DNA from: Polyangiaceae bacterium | Lineage (GTDB): Bacteria > Myxococcota_A > Polyangia > Polyangiales > Polyangiaceae | Length of the DNA stretch: 64,000 nucleotides | Direction of reading: 5' to 3' | NCBI GenBank assembly: GCA_050287085.1 | Contig: JBNKBE010000015.1 | Span: forward strand, 64,001-128,000 | Part shown: positions 51,243 through 60,661 of the stretch, piece by piece | Numbering within the stretch: the stretch's first letter is position 1 | Layout: each line of letters starts with the position of its first letter | Position numbers and translations under genes: made by a program | The notes under the pieces: model-generated | What the model saw: only the letters and a program-made list of their open reading frames with translations | Told to the model about the DNA's origin: nothing | The model's database searches: none

Positions 51243-51830
51243 ATGAAGAAAATTGTCGTCTTTAACAATCTGAGCGTGGACGGGATGTTTTGCGATGCGA
51301 TGGGTGGCGTGAACTGGTCCAAACGCGACGACGGCGAACTCACGGAGTATGTCAGACAGACCGGCAGCGAAATCGGAGCGTATGTTTTTGGCAGAGTGAC
51401 ATACGAGATGTTCGCGGGCTTCTGGCCGACACCAGCGGGCAAGTCTGCAAACCCCTACTTCGCCAAGCTCCTCACCGAAGGTAAGAAGGTGGTGTTTTCC
51501 AGTAAGCTGAAGAAAGCATCATGGGAACGCACCGTCATCGAAACCCAGGCAGACGCCGCCTCCATCGCCCGACTGAAGGCATCAACGGATGGTGATTGCT
51601 TGGTTTTCGGCAGCGGGACTCTGGTGCGTGACTTGACCAACAAGGGCTTGATTGACGAGTACCAGGTTGTTCTCAATCCCGTGCTCCTCGGCGGCGGACG
51701 ACCCTTGTTCGGCCCAATGCCGTCACAGGTCGAGCTAGAATTCCTCGAGTCCAAACCCTTCAGCAACGGCACCGTGCTTCTGCGCTTCGCACGCAAGTAT
51801 TTCGGCCCGCAAAGCGATTCCAAGCTTTGA
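51243..51830 (+). CDS. Dihydrofolate reductase/RibD C-terminal family protein
   Basis: 'SVDG', 'FGRVTYE....W', 'K.VFS..L', 'GSGTLV..L...LIDEY...P..LGGG.PLF'. Confidence 0.92.
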   Translation: MKKIVVFNNLSVDGMFCDAMGGVNWSKRDDGELTEYVRQTGSEIGAYVFGRVTYEMFAGFWPTPAGKSANPYFAKLLTEGKKVVFSSKLKKASWERTVIETQADAASIARLKASTDGDCLVFGSGTLVRDLTNKGLIDEYQVVLNPVLLGGGRPLFGPMPSQVELEFLESKPFSNGTVLLRFARKYFGPQSDSKL

Positions 51831-52112
51831 TGTTTAGCGGAGGCCATCCACAAAACACCCCTACCCTGGTAGTCTGGCACGAGCACGAGCTCGTACATGA
51901 GGCACGGACTTGTTTGACTCTCGTCACGACTTGGCGAACGTTCGACGAACCCGCTTGCTCGATCCGCACCGCCGTCAGCAACGGGACGTAGGCTTGAAGG
52001 ATGAGCTAGAGCCCTTTGCCAACGCGGCTCTCCGGATCCAAGTCCCACTCGCGGTTCAGCTGCGGATAGAGCTCTCCAAGAGATAACCCCTTCACGGCGC
52101 AAGGGGTCCCAC

Positions 52113-53222
52113 CTACTGGATCTCAGCGAGAAAGGCTGCGGCTGCCTGCGCCGCCGCAGCGTTGCCCTGGGCGGTTAAGTGAGGACCGCCCCCCCGCATA
52201 TCATCACACGACCGAGCCTCCCAGCCGGGCGCCAAGAACACTAGCCCTGGGTATTCGGCCGCTACCTCCATCATGGCGGCCTGAAGCTCAGGCGAAACCA
52301 CGATCGTCTCTCCTGGCGTCGGTTGCGTCGGGCAGAGCCCGTTGTTGGGACCCCGAATCTGAGTCATGAAGTCGAGTCTTCGAAGACCCGGGTACTTGGA
52401 TTTGAAACTCTCTACGGCCTGCATGATGTTGCTACGCCACTCGTCCTGTTCATGGATGCTCCAACTGAAGATCATGAATACGACCCGATCGGGCGACGCG
52501 GTGCCGCTGGCACAAGGAGACTCGATAGCCGCGTCCCAGAAGGCACTCTCCGGCTCGGCCCAAGCGTCCACGAAGCCGCCATCTTGCCACTTGAGCTGCC
52601 AGCGACTGTCGTCAAGCATGCTCTCCAACCCGGCGCTGAAGAACTCCTTTGTCAAAGTACCCCCAGTTACCTGATTGCAGGTGAACGGACCCGAGTCCCC
52701 GCCACCGGCACCACCGCGATCCTCAAGTCCGCCTGAGCCGCCGAGCAGATCGCCCGCTCCCCCCGTATCGTCGAGTCCGCCAGAGCCACCGGGCATGCCA
52801 TCGGTGCCCCACCCGCCGACCTGTCCACCCGCACCGCCCTCGTCAGCCCCCGCTCCGCCGCTGTCAGCCAGGCCGCCGGGTGCAGCCTCAATTCCGGCGC
52901 CGCCAGACGCTCCGGCGCCGGTACCCGTATTCCCCCCGAGGGAACCTCCCGAAGCCGAGCTGCCGCCGGTGCCAGCTACGATTTGGGATGCTCCGGAGCC
53001 GCCGGAGTCGACCGCACCTGCGCCCCCAGGCATCGGCGTTCCTCCCTGCCCCGGAGCTCCAGCCTCTTCCGCCGAACAAGACCAGAGCCCAGCCGCGCCC
53101 AGCCAGATGAAGCCACCGATAGCCCAGCGCGCGACCGCTGCGTTGAAAGCTGGGTCAACCCTTGAACAGTTCGTCTTGGATGTGCGCCCTACGCACGCGG
53201 GATGCCTTGTCGCTGAGTTCAC
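52113..53222 (-). CDS. Hypothetical lipoprotein with Gly-rich tether and possible SGNH-like C-terminal domain
   Basis: Lipobox-like LWSC, long Gly linker, C-domain ending 'GPHLTAQGN'. Confidence 0.65.
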   Translation of the reverse strand: MNSATRHPACVGRTSKTNCSRVDPAFNAAVARWAIGGFIWLGAAGLWSCSAEEAGAPGQGGTPMPGGAGAVDSGGSGASQIVAGTGGSSASGGSLGGNTGTGAGASGGAGIEAAPGGLADSGGAGADEGGAGGQVGGWGTDGMPGGSGGLDDTGGAGDLLGGSGGLEDRGGAGGGDSGPFTCNQVTGGTLTKEFFSAGLESMLDDSRWQLKWQDGGFVDAWAEPESAFWDAAIESPCASGTASPDRVVFMIFSWSIHEQDEWRSNIMQAVESFKSKYPGLRRLDFMTQIRGPNNGLCPTQPTPGETIVVSPELQAAMMEVAAEYPGLVFLAPGWEARSCDDMRGGGPHLTAQGNAAAAQAAAAFLAEIQ

Positions 53223-53314
53223 TACTGGGTTCCTTCCGTTGGTAGACTATGCCACGTGTTCGACGCCGCATGGCCGGCAAGCGTCGGTGGTTTGGCTGCA
53301 AGTTACTGCCTGAG

Positions 53315-53823
53315 CTAAGCCCCGTAGAGCTCTCGCAGGTGCCCCTGGATGTCGCGGGTGGTCATGCCGCGGGCGTAGAGGGCCAGGACCTTCTCGTCGA
53401 AGCCCTCTAGCCGTCGCTGGTGCTTCTTCACCAGCTGGGACTCAAAGGTGCCATCCCGGTCCCGCGGCACGGCGATGGAGACGGGGCCTGAATCCGTCGT
53501 GACGGTCTTGCGTGAGTGACCGTTGCGGGCGTTGCCTCCCTTGCTCCGCTCGTGGGGCTCTCGGCCCAGATGCGTGCTCATCTCCGCCTCCAGCAGGCGC
53601 TCCATCACCTGCCCCTTCAGCTGCGTGAAAACGCCCTCTGGCCCGAACAGGTCGCCCTCTGTGGCGCATTCCGACAGCAGCGCCTCCAGCAGCTCCTGCT
53701 TGCGCTCAGACCGCTCCCGGTTGCTGAGCTTCTGCCCCATCTTCTTGATACCTTGCTCTTCCATAAGTGACTCCTTTCAAGTCACCCGGATTGGTCAAGT
53801 TACACAAGTTTGCTGACACCCTC
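53315..53823 (-). mobile_element. IS256-family remnant: left end plus transposase N-terminus (53315-53764), truncated
   Basis: 'LEAEM..HLG', 'N.RNG...KT..T..G...I.VPRDR.G.F', 'LYARGMTTRDI'. End sequence GAGGGTGTCAGCAAACTTGTGTAA read from 53823 on the minus strand. Confidence 0.88.
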
Positions 53824-54525
53824 GCTTGGTACGTACAAGGGTACCGCCGTCGTCGATGGGTTTGCCTCCTACCCGCCTGTTGCGCTAGCGAATCCGGATA
53901 TCAAGTTTGCGCACTGCTGGGGGCATGCGCGCAGGGAACTGCTTCCGTATGAACACCTCAGGATCCCGGCGCGAGCGCTGCGAGTGATCCAGCGCATGTA
54001 TCGGCTCGAGGCCCTCGCGAAGGAGCGAGGGTTGGCCGCAGACGAACTGCTTCGTCTGCGGCAGCGCAAGACCAAGCCGCTACTGAAAGCGCTCTTGAAG
54101 TGGGCCAAGACGCTCTACATCCCTGAGCCCGAGTCGCTCGTGAAGGCGTTTCGCTCCATCATCGAGCGGGAAGACGGACTTCTGCGCTTCGTGGATGATC
54201 CGTTGTTGTCGCCAGACAACAACGACACTGAGCGTGCCGTCCGCGGCGTCGCCGTGGGGCGCAAGAATCATTACGGCTCACGGTCGGTGGAGGGAACCAA
54301 AACCGCCGCGCTCATGTACAACCTGGTGGAGTCCGCTCAGCTTGCCGGGGTCGACCCGGGACGCTACCAGCGCGTCACGCTCGCAGCCGCGCTGGACGGT
54401 CAAGAGATCCCGCTCCCTCACGAGCTCGTCCCGGCCCCTCAGCTCGCTGACGATTGAGCCCCGCTTTCGGCAGCTCCCTCACCAGAAAGCCCAGAAAAGG
54501 GGCGCGGCGAGTGGGTACCCCTTAC
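53824..54525 (+). mobile_element. IS66-family remnant: TnpC C-terminal part (to 54457) and right end
   Basis: 'DG...Y', 'CWGHARR', 'DNN..ERA.R....GRKN', 'L.ESA...G.DP..Y'. Ends ...CCCCTTAC at 54525 (GTAA terminus on the reverse strand). Confidence 0.85.
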
Positions 54526-54587
54526 GTGCCCCACGCGGTGATGCTAAGTTCTGCAGGCTGGCCCGAGCTTGCTGAACGAGGTTACCA

Positions 54588-55199
54588 ATGAAGTCCTTTT
54601 CAACAGCGCAGGTCGATCTGTTGCTTGTCCTCATATCGCTGCCGGTTGTGTCCTGCAGTGGCGAGGCTCGCCAGCTCGGCACTACGACTACATCCAATTC
54701 CATGCCCACTGCTAGCGTCCTCAACCCGCTAGACGCGGGAGAGCCACGAGATTTCTCGGTGGCCGATGGGTCCGTCACACGCCCGCGTGTCGACCCCCCT
54801 GAGGTCCCGCTCAGTCTCGGGCCTGGCTGCGTCTGGGTCGGCTACGGCATCGGCGCTCCCCCAAACCAGCAGCTCGACTCTCAGCACCTCTCCTCACACG
54901 CATATGGGGCCTGCGCAGACCTAGGCGGTGTTCCGGGAGAGCAGCTGCTGGTCGCAGAAGACGACGAAGCCCGAATAGAATGCTGCACGGACGGCGCTCC
55001 ACTCGCCTCGCCCGAGCAAGACTCGGTCTCTGACGTCGACTCCGTGGTCAACACGTCCAGCGACGGCAACACGCGACAGGCGCTCGTTGCGGAGGCGTCC
55101 GCCATGTGTTCTGAGACGGGACAGCAGCTCGGGGACTGGGTTGCCGTGTACACTGAGGACGGCGTCACCGTCGAACGACTCCACTTCGAGTGTGGATAG
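54588..55199 (+). CDS. Hypothetical Cys-containing lipoprotein
   Basis: GAGG RBS, lipobox VVSC, two similar 'A...C...G...EC' segments. Confidence 0.65.
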   Translation: MKSFSTAQVDLLLVLISLPVVSCSGEARQLGTTTTSNSMPTASVLNPLDAGEPRDFSVADGSVTRPRVDPPEVPLSLGPGCVWVGYGIGAPPNQQLDSQHLSSHAYGACADLGGVPGEQLLVAEDDEARIECCTDGAPLASPEQDSVSDVDSVVNTSSDGNTRQALVAEASAMCSETGQQLGDWVAVYTEDGVTVERLHFECG

Positions 55200-55212
55200 G
55201 AGCCGACAGCGG

Positions 55213-56067
55213 CTACGGTTCCTGAGCAACGGTCCAGCCCGCGGCGGTCCAGCGCAGCACGGTTGCAGACGTCCCTCTTGGGGACTTCGTGAACACCTCA
55301 TGCGCCCGAGCAGAAAGTGCTCTCACCACTGAAGGTGACAGCTCCTGCGCGTAGAGCAATACGTCCGGTGCCGGCACCGCAACCAGCAGCTTGTCATCAA
55401 AGGATCGTGCAACATCCTTCCACACCGAGTGAGGCAGCAGCAGGCTCGAAGTGTAGTAGTTGTCGAGCCTGACCTCGCCGATAGCTTGACCGTCGCCCGG
55501 GCGGATCAAGGTGGACAGCTTGGGCAGTTGCTCTCCAAGGTTTCGGAAAGCCCGAGTCTTGACTTGTTCCGGGCTCAGACCAAGCTCCGCCACCGTCTTG
55601 CCATCCACGACACGCGCCGACTTCGGGGAGTCCACCATGTACACGACGAACAGTTCGCCGGCGATTGGCTCCTCGAGTATACCTTCCGCCCGCTCCCGGT
55701 AGGACTCGACGTCCGCTCGATTCCGCACCGCTGGAACCAGCTGGCTTGGCTCGGGCTTCGTGGCGCCGCTTTCAGCTGCTGCCTGAACAACCCCAGCGAG
55801 GTACTCGCCGGCCATTCGCTCGCAATCGCCAGCATTGTTTCTGCAATACTCGTAAGGACGCCCCAACCACACTTCGAGATGCTGGTCACCTCGGTTCAGC
55901 GTCAGCACCAACGGGTCCGCGCCGCCTTCGATGGTCCATTGTGGCAGTTGCTCCTGCAGCGCGCTCTGCGCCCAGGCGCGCATCTCGTCTGGTGAGCTCG
56001 AAAAGGATGGTGCCCCGGTCCGCGAACATGCGACGAGCATCAGCGCAGCGAGTATCTGAAAGCGCAT
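55213..56067 (-). CDS. DUF1444-like lipoprotein
   Basis: 'MRFQILAALMLVAC' lipobox, 'LFVVYMVD.P', 'A..NL', 'Y.SS.LL', 'LLVAVP..DVL'. Confidence 0.7.
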   Translation of the reverse strand: MRFQILAALMLVACSRTGAPSFSSSPDEMRAWAQSALQEQLPQWTIEGGADPLVLTLNRGDQHLEVWLGRPYEYCRNNAGDCERMAGEYLAGVVQAAAESGATKPEPSQLVPAVRNRADVESYRERAEGILEEPIAGELFVVYMVDSPKSARVVDGKTVAELGLSPEQVKTRAFRNLGEQLPKLSTLIRPGDGQAIGEVRLDNYYTSSLLLPHSVWKDVARSFDDKLLVAVPAPDVLLYAQELSPSVVRALSARAHEVFTKSPRGTSATVLRWTAAGWTVAQEP

Positions 56068-56263
56068 GACGATCAGCGTAACAGGCACCCCTTGGTCTGG
56101 CCACGCCATTGAGGTTGCGGTCTTTCTCCGCAGCTCTCGTGTGGGGAATGATGTTCCTTCGAAGTCAACGGTCCAGAGCTCCGCATCACGCGTCCACAAG
56201 AACAGCCTCTGGTTAGAGGAGTCCACGCGGGCTAGACTCCACTAGGCCCGCATCCCGAAAGTC

Positions 56264-56780
56264 TCAGCGCAGGTGATAGCCGAGGTGAATCGCAGGGAAC
56301 ACGGAGACCGATTGTGCTTCGAAGCGCTGGCCGTCCAGCACGATGTCTTCGGCGCTGAAGGCGTAGCCAAGTCCCAACCAGGCCGTGGCGTAGAAGTCCG
56401 CGGGTAAGTCGAAGCGCCAGCCGAAGTTCACCCCAGCCGTGTATTGGCGGTGTTTGCCAGCTCTGTCCCCTTCAACGCGACGCGCGCACGAATCACACCG
56501 CCATCGACTCCGACGAAGCCCCCCGTCTGAGGTTTGAACAAGAAGCACTGGAGCGTCGCGCCATACCCGTCGAAGGAAAGGTCGAACCCATCCTGCCCGT
56601 GGACGGCTTCGGGCACTGTCATGCCAAACACGCCGAGGTCGACTCGCCAATGCCCGGTACCGAGTCCTGAGTGCAGCGAGAAGCCGTCGAGCACGAACGC
56701 GGTCGGGTCGATCTCGACGTCAGCGCGAAGGAGAGCCAAGGCCAATCGAAGTGGCAAGAGCGACGTGCTGCGAACATGGA
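56264..56780 (-). pseudogene. Frameshifted outer-membrane beta-barrel gene
   Basis: 'EIDP.AF.L.G.SLH...GFD.SF.GYG' continues after a shift at ~56455 as 'GWRF...FY..AWLG.GY...VFPAIHLGY'. The 5' end is also disrupted. Confidence 0.65.
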
Positions 56781-56859
56781 ACCCCGCGCCGGGAGTGCCA
56801 TTGGAGATGTCGTGACGCGAATTTCTGGCGCCAGCGTGCCCCATCGCTCGTCGACAGCG

Positions 56860-57300
56860 CCTTCAAGCAGGCAGAAGCCCTCGAGAAGACGGACCAGTCC
56901 ACCCCCGCGAACATCTCGAAGGACAGGTCAGCCTCGGCGAGAGCGCCGTTCAGTTCCCGAACTGCAGACTCCGCTGACCGAGCGGAGTCGCTGGTGTGGC
57001 GGGCCCTCGACGAATCCTCTTCCGAAGGCAAGGATACGAGTGCGGGGCGAGATAGCTCAGCGGTTCGGTAGAACTCGCGGGGGACAAGGCGACCTTGGAG
57101 GAGCAAGTGAAAACCACCAAGGACAGCGTCTGCGACGGCGTCTGGCTGAGCGTGCCGGTCAACGTTCGCTTCGCCACGGGGGATGGGGCGTTCGATGAGG
57201 CTCTTGGGGGGGGCAGCTCGTCTACGATACGAGGACCGAGGGCACGACGTGGCTTCCCGATACGTTGCCTTTGAGGGCATTTCCACGGAGACCTGGACGC
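56860..57300 (+). pseudogene. Possible decayed secreted-protein gene
   Basis: Protein-like segments in shifting frames ('EALEKTDQSTP...LVW', 'CDGVWLSVPVNVRFATGDGAFDEALGG', 'QLVYDT') with internal stops and a G8 run. Confidence 0.3.
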
Positions 57301-57440
57301 CAGCCCATGGGGGGCAGCGCTCGGCTCCGGGTCAGGGTCGAGACGCGGAGCGGCGCGGCGTCCGCGTCTCGACCCAGCCAGCCGGGAGTCTGACATATGG
57401 GCGTTACGGGAGAACGAATACCGAAAGGCGCAGCCGCACC

Positions 57441-57538
57441 CGCCTCGTCACGGCACCGCTTCGTCACGGCACCGCTTCGTCACCGCACCGCTTCGTCACC
57501 GCACCGCCTCGTCACGGCACCGCTTCGTCACGGCACCG
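57441..57538. repeat. Intergenic minisatellite, 6 x 16 bp
   Basis: CGC(C/T)TCGTCAC(G/C)GCAC at 57441, 57457, 57473, 57489, 57505 and 57521. Confidence 0.95.
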
Positions 57539-57594
57539 ACACGTCGCGGCCGCCGGACGGAGCGGACAATCGCTGGACCCGCTGGTCGCTGGCG

Positions 57595-58998
57595 CTACCA
57601 CAGTCTCACTACCACTTGGCCAGTGAAGGGATTGGCAGCCAGGTATTCGTACCGCCACCCCTCGCGCGCTACCGCCTCTCGAAACGCGCGGTATTCGTCC
57701 TGGCGCCAGCTCTTGTGACCGAAGTATTCGTCGAATACGATGACGGCGCCGGGGAGGAGCCGCGGAGCGAGGTGCGTCAGGCCGCACTTGGCGCTCTCGT
57801 ATAGGTCGCTGTCGACATGCAGTAGCGCGAGGGGCTGCTCGTGCGCCTGCAGGTAACGGGGCAGCTGCTCCGCGAATGGTCCCACCCAGTACCTGCAATC
57901 GATGCCTTCCGGCGTCCTGCCGGCCGTAGTGAACGTCCCCTCGGGTACCGGATGCCAAGCGCTCGGCAGCCCTTCGAAGCTGTCGAAGCCGTGCACCCGC
58001 CCTGGCTTCAGCTCTACCAGCCAGCGCAAGGAAACTCCGTGGAACACACCGAGCTCGACCACGTCGCCCGTTCGCGGCGCGCGAGCTGCCGCGAAGCGCA
58101 GCGTCTCCCGCGCGCTCGCGAACAGGCGCGCTGCCGTCATGTGCTCGCGGACGTAGTGCGCTGCATCCGCAAGGGCTTCGAGCGCGGGCGTGGCTGGTGC
58201 AGACGCGGCCGGCGACGAACGTCGCTCACGGCCCCCGAGCAGCCAGTGAAACACAGGGGCTTCCGCATGCCCCAATTGGGTCGCCCGGGCGAGTGACTCC
58301 AGGGCTGGGTCGCGCCGCGCATCGTCGAAGACGGCGCGCGCCAGCGAGAAGTGAACGGAGGCGTTGTCCGGCCGGAGCTCCACGGCACGGCGCGCCGCGT
58401 CGGCCGCCAGCTCGCCAAGCTCGAGGCGCAGCTGCGCCAGATGAAGCCAAGCTCCGACCAGCGCAGGCTCACGCGCCACCGCACCCTCGAGCGCCGCGCT
58501 GGCCTCGGCGAGTCTCCCGACGCCCTTGAGCCCGATGCCGATATCGCGCAGGACGCGGCCGTTGCCCGGCGCGAGCGTCGCGGCGCGCTCGAAGGCGAGA
58601 GCCGCTTCAGCGGCGCGTCCCGCGCGCGCCTCCAGGGCGCCTAGATTCATCCAGGCGTCGACGCGTTCGGGCTCTATCTCGATGCACCGCGTGTACAGCG
58701 CGATGGCAGCCTCGGCGCGTCCAGCGCGCTGGGCACGCAGCGCGTCGTCCAGCAGCGCACACTGACCGGGCGAGCTCGTGTAGCGAACAGGAACCTTCCG
58801 GGAACCCCCGGCACGAGACAAGCGCGACAACGCCGGAGCAGGACCACGTTTGGCGCCGTGAGGCAAGTCCGATTTGGCATGACTCCGGAAGTCCGATATG
58901 GCCGTTGGCGATCGCGAGCTCCTCGCGTGTGTCCCTATCGAGGTCAAGGAGGCGCGTGCGCCACTAGCAAGACGACTCGAAACCCCAAGCGCGCTCAA
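57595..58998 (-). CDS. TPR-repeat protein fused to a TylF/Methyltransf_24-like class I SAM methyltransferase (true start probably ~58800-58870)
   Basis: Several TPRs ('AWMNLG', 'AWLHLA'), then 'ELGVFHG.S', 'GFDSFEGLP', 'LHVDSDLYES', 'VFDEY'. Confidence 0.85.
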   Translation of the reverse strand: MSALGVSSRLASGARASLTSIGTHARSSRSPTAISDFRSHAKSDLPHGAKRGPAPALSRLSRAGGSRKVPVRYTSSPGQCALLDDALRAQRAGRAEAAIALYTRCIEIEPERVDAWMNLGALEARAGRAAEAALAFERAATLAPGNGRVLRDIGIGLKGVGRLAEASAALEGAVAREPALVGAWLHLAQLRLELGELAADAARRAVELRPDNASVHFSLARAVFDDARRDPALESLARATQLGHAEAPVFHWLLGGRERRSSPAASAPATPALEALADAAHYVREHMTAARLFASARETLRFAAARAPRTGDVVELGVFHGVSLRWLVELKPGRVHGFDSFEGLPSAWHPVPEGTFTTAGRTPEGIDCRYWVGPFAEQLPRYLQAHEQPLALLHVDSDLYESAKCGLTHLAPRLLPGAVIVFDEYFGHKSWRQDEYRAFREAVAREGWRYEYLAANPFTGQVVVRLW

Positions 58999-59137
58999 CT
59001 CGAGCCGGCTATGCGCATCGAGACACCTCGCGCTCCAACGCGCAGCTCACCTTCCCCCAAGCCCCGCGACAACCCACGCGCCCACGCGAGCGAGAGCACG
59101 TGTGCCTGTGTACCGTCATGAACACGGCTCGTGCGGC

Positions 59138-60151
59138 TCAGGGCAGTCGCAGCAACCAGCGGGCGCATACGGTAGGGCTACAACCATGCCCAAAAATGCT
59201 CTTGCCGTCTCCCGACGAGTGATTCGCTGAGAACAGCGTCCAGCCTCCTGCCAGGCCTAGGTCACCCAACAGCTCCTGAACCTCTTCTAGCCTGGGAAAC
59301 TTGCCGTAGGCTGAACGCACATCGTCTTCGCCGCGTGTATCGAGCACCCCGTCACGCCAAACCACCTCATACGGCTGTGAGCCGTCCGCCGGCTCCACAT
59401 CGCCGAAGATAAGGGTCCCGTCCTTATTGACCCCGCTGGCTTTGGTTGGCCCGGCGGGATCTTGCGGAAGGATCTCCAACCCCCCATCCAGCGTCCATTT
59501 GACGGGTACCGGTATCGTCGATTCCGGTGCGTAACGGGGAACGTGGGTCCCCACAATGGTGCTACCGTCATAGCTCATCGTCGTCAGAAGCAGCTCGCTG
59601 TTGCTTCTCGCCGGGCCGATCTCACGGAACAATGGGAGCTCGCACTTGGGCAAGGACTCAACGGCACAATCGCAAAGCGTGCCGTACGTGACGTCAATAC
59701 ACGCGCCGTGGTCGACGCAAGCTTCCACCGAGCAGGGCGAACCCGCATCGCCACCCGCCCGGCCTGCGTCGCCCGTGGAGTTGCCGTCCGGCTTGTCCGC
59801 GCCCGCGTCTGGCGTGACCCCGACCGCAGTCGGAGCGTCGTCAGAATCGGTAGCGCCGGCGTCAAGAGGAACGTCAGGCTTGGGTGCTGGGTCCTCTGGC
59901 GAGGTGTCCTTGACCTCCGACGGCTTCTCGGAGCCAGCTTCTATGACATCGCCGACGGGCGTCTGGGGGTCGGTATCGTCGGCGGACCCCTGCGCCCCGG
60001 AGCGGCCGCTCTGAGAGGCCTCGGTTGCGCGGATGTCGTGCACCGGGCCTTGGTTGCACGCCACAAGGGCAAGGCAGACGATGCCGACAGGAGTCGGACC
60101 AACACTCGAAAGCACGCGGCTAGGCCGGAGGAGACGCTGGGGCTTCAACAT
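59138..60151 (-). CDS. Lipoprotein with acidic linker, EGF-like Cys module and short HAF-like repeat region
   Basis: Lipobox LVAC, 'C...AC..HG.C......CDC', 'S.DGSTIVG', 'GVNKDGT.I.G', 'S.DGK.I.G'. Confidence 0.7.
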   Translation of the reverse strand: MLKPQRLLRPSRVLSSVGPTPVGIVCLALVACNQGPVHDIRATEASQSGRSGAQGSADDTDPQTPVGDVIEAGSEKPSEVKDTSPEDPAPKPDVPLDAGATDSDDAPTAVGVTPDAGADKPDGNSTGDAGRAGGDAGSPCSVEACVDHGACIDVTYGTLCDCAVESLPKCELPLFREIGPARSNSELLLTTMSYDGSTIVGTHVPRYAPESTIPVPVKWTLDGGLEILPQDPAGPTKASGVNKDGTLIFGDVEPADGSQPYEVVWRDGVLDTRGEDDVRSAYGKFPRLEEVQELLGDLGLAGGWTLFSANHSSGDGKSIFGHGCSPTVCARWLLRLP

Positions 60152-60661
60152 GACGGAAGCTTGGCATAAGAGGCGAGCGTAGTCTCCAGTCATGCGCACG
60201 AGCCACGATGACTGGGCCTGCGCGTGCAGCCACACGCAGATTGTTCTTCCGCGACGATTTCGTCGGGGAGACAGCAGGATTCTGTGATCGTTCGCCGGCT
60301 GCCAGTTCTGGCTGCGCGCCCCGCCGCGAGCTGAACGCGGTGACACGCCGCCCGTACCACCGCCGAACACCCAGCCGCACCACGGCCCAGCCGTACCGCC
60401 GACACCTGACCTCAGCGGGACGGCTCGTCGTGTCGCGACGGACCCGTGTTTCACTTTCCATCTTCCGGCCCGATCAAGAGCGCCTGAAGCATCCGGGCGG
60501 CGCCCGCTCGTCCGTATTCGCCGCACTGCCTTCGCGAGAGGCCGCAGCGCCGGGACGGCGTCCGCACTCCGGCCCAACCGGCGGAGACAGATCGTACGTA
60601 GGCTGCGACACCCAGCGCTGGGCGCTCGATCGCTAGAATATCGACAACTGGCAGTTGAGCC

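Noticed and set aside
51831..51920. Minus-strand 'YELVLVPDYQGRGV' GNAT motif-A-like stub
   Set aside because: Only ~15 aa of similarity with no intact ORF. At most a tiny remnant.
57441..57538. 16-bp array as a CRISPR or iteron origin
   Set aside because: Head-to-tail units without spacers, and no rep gene or AT-rich unwinding region.
59138..60577. ORF-track N-terminal extensions (also 10685, 15353, 28380, 46696 and 50153)
   Set aside because: The upstream extensions are low-complexity Arg/Ala-rich text. Downstream starts give proper signal peptides, RBSs or family N-termini.
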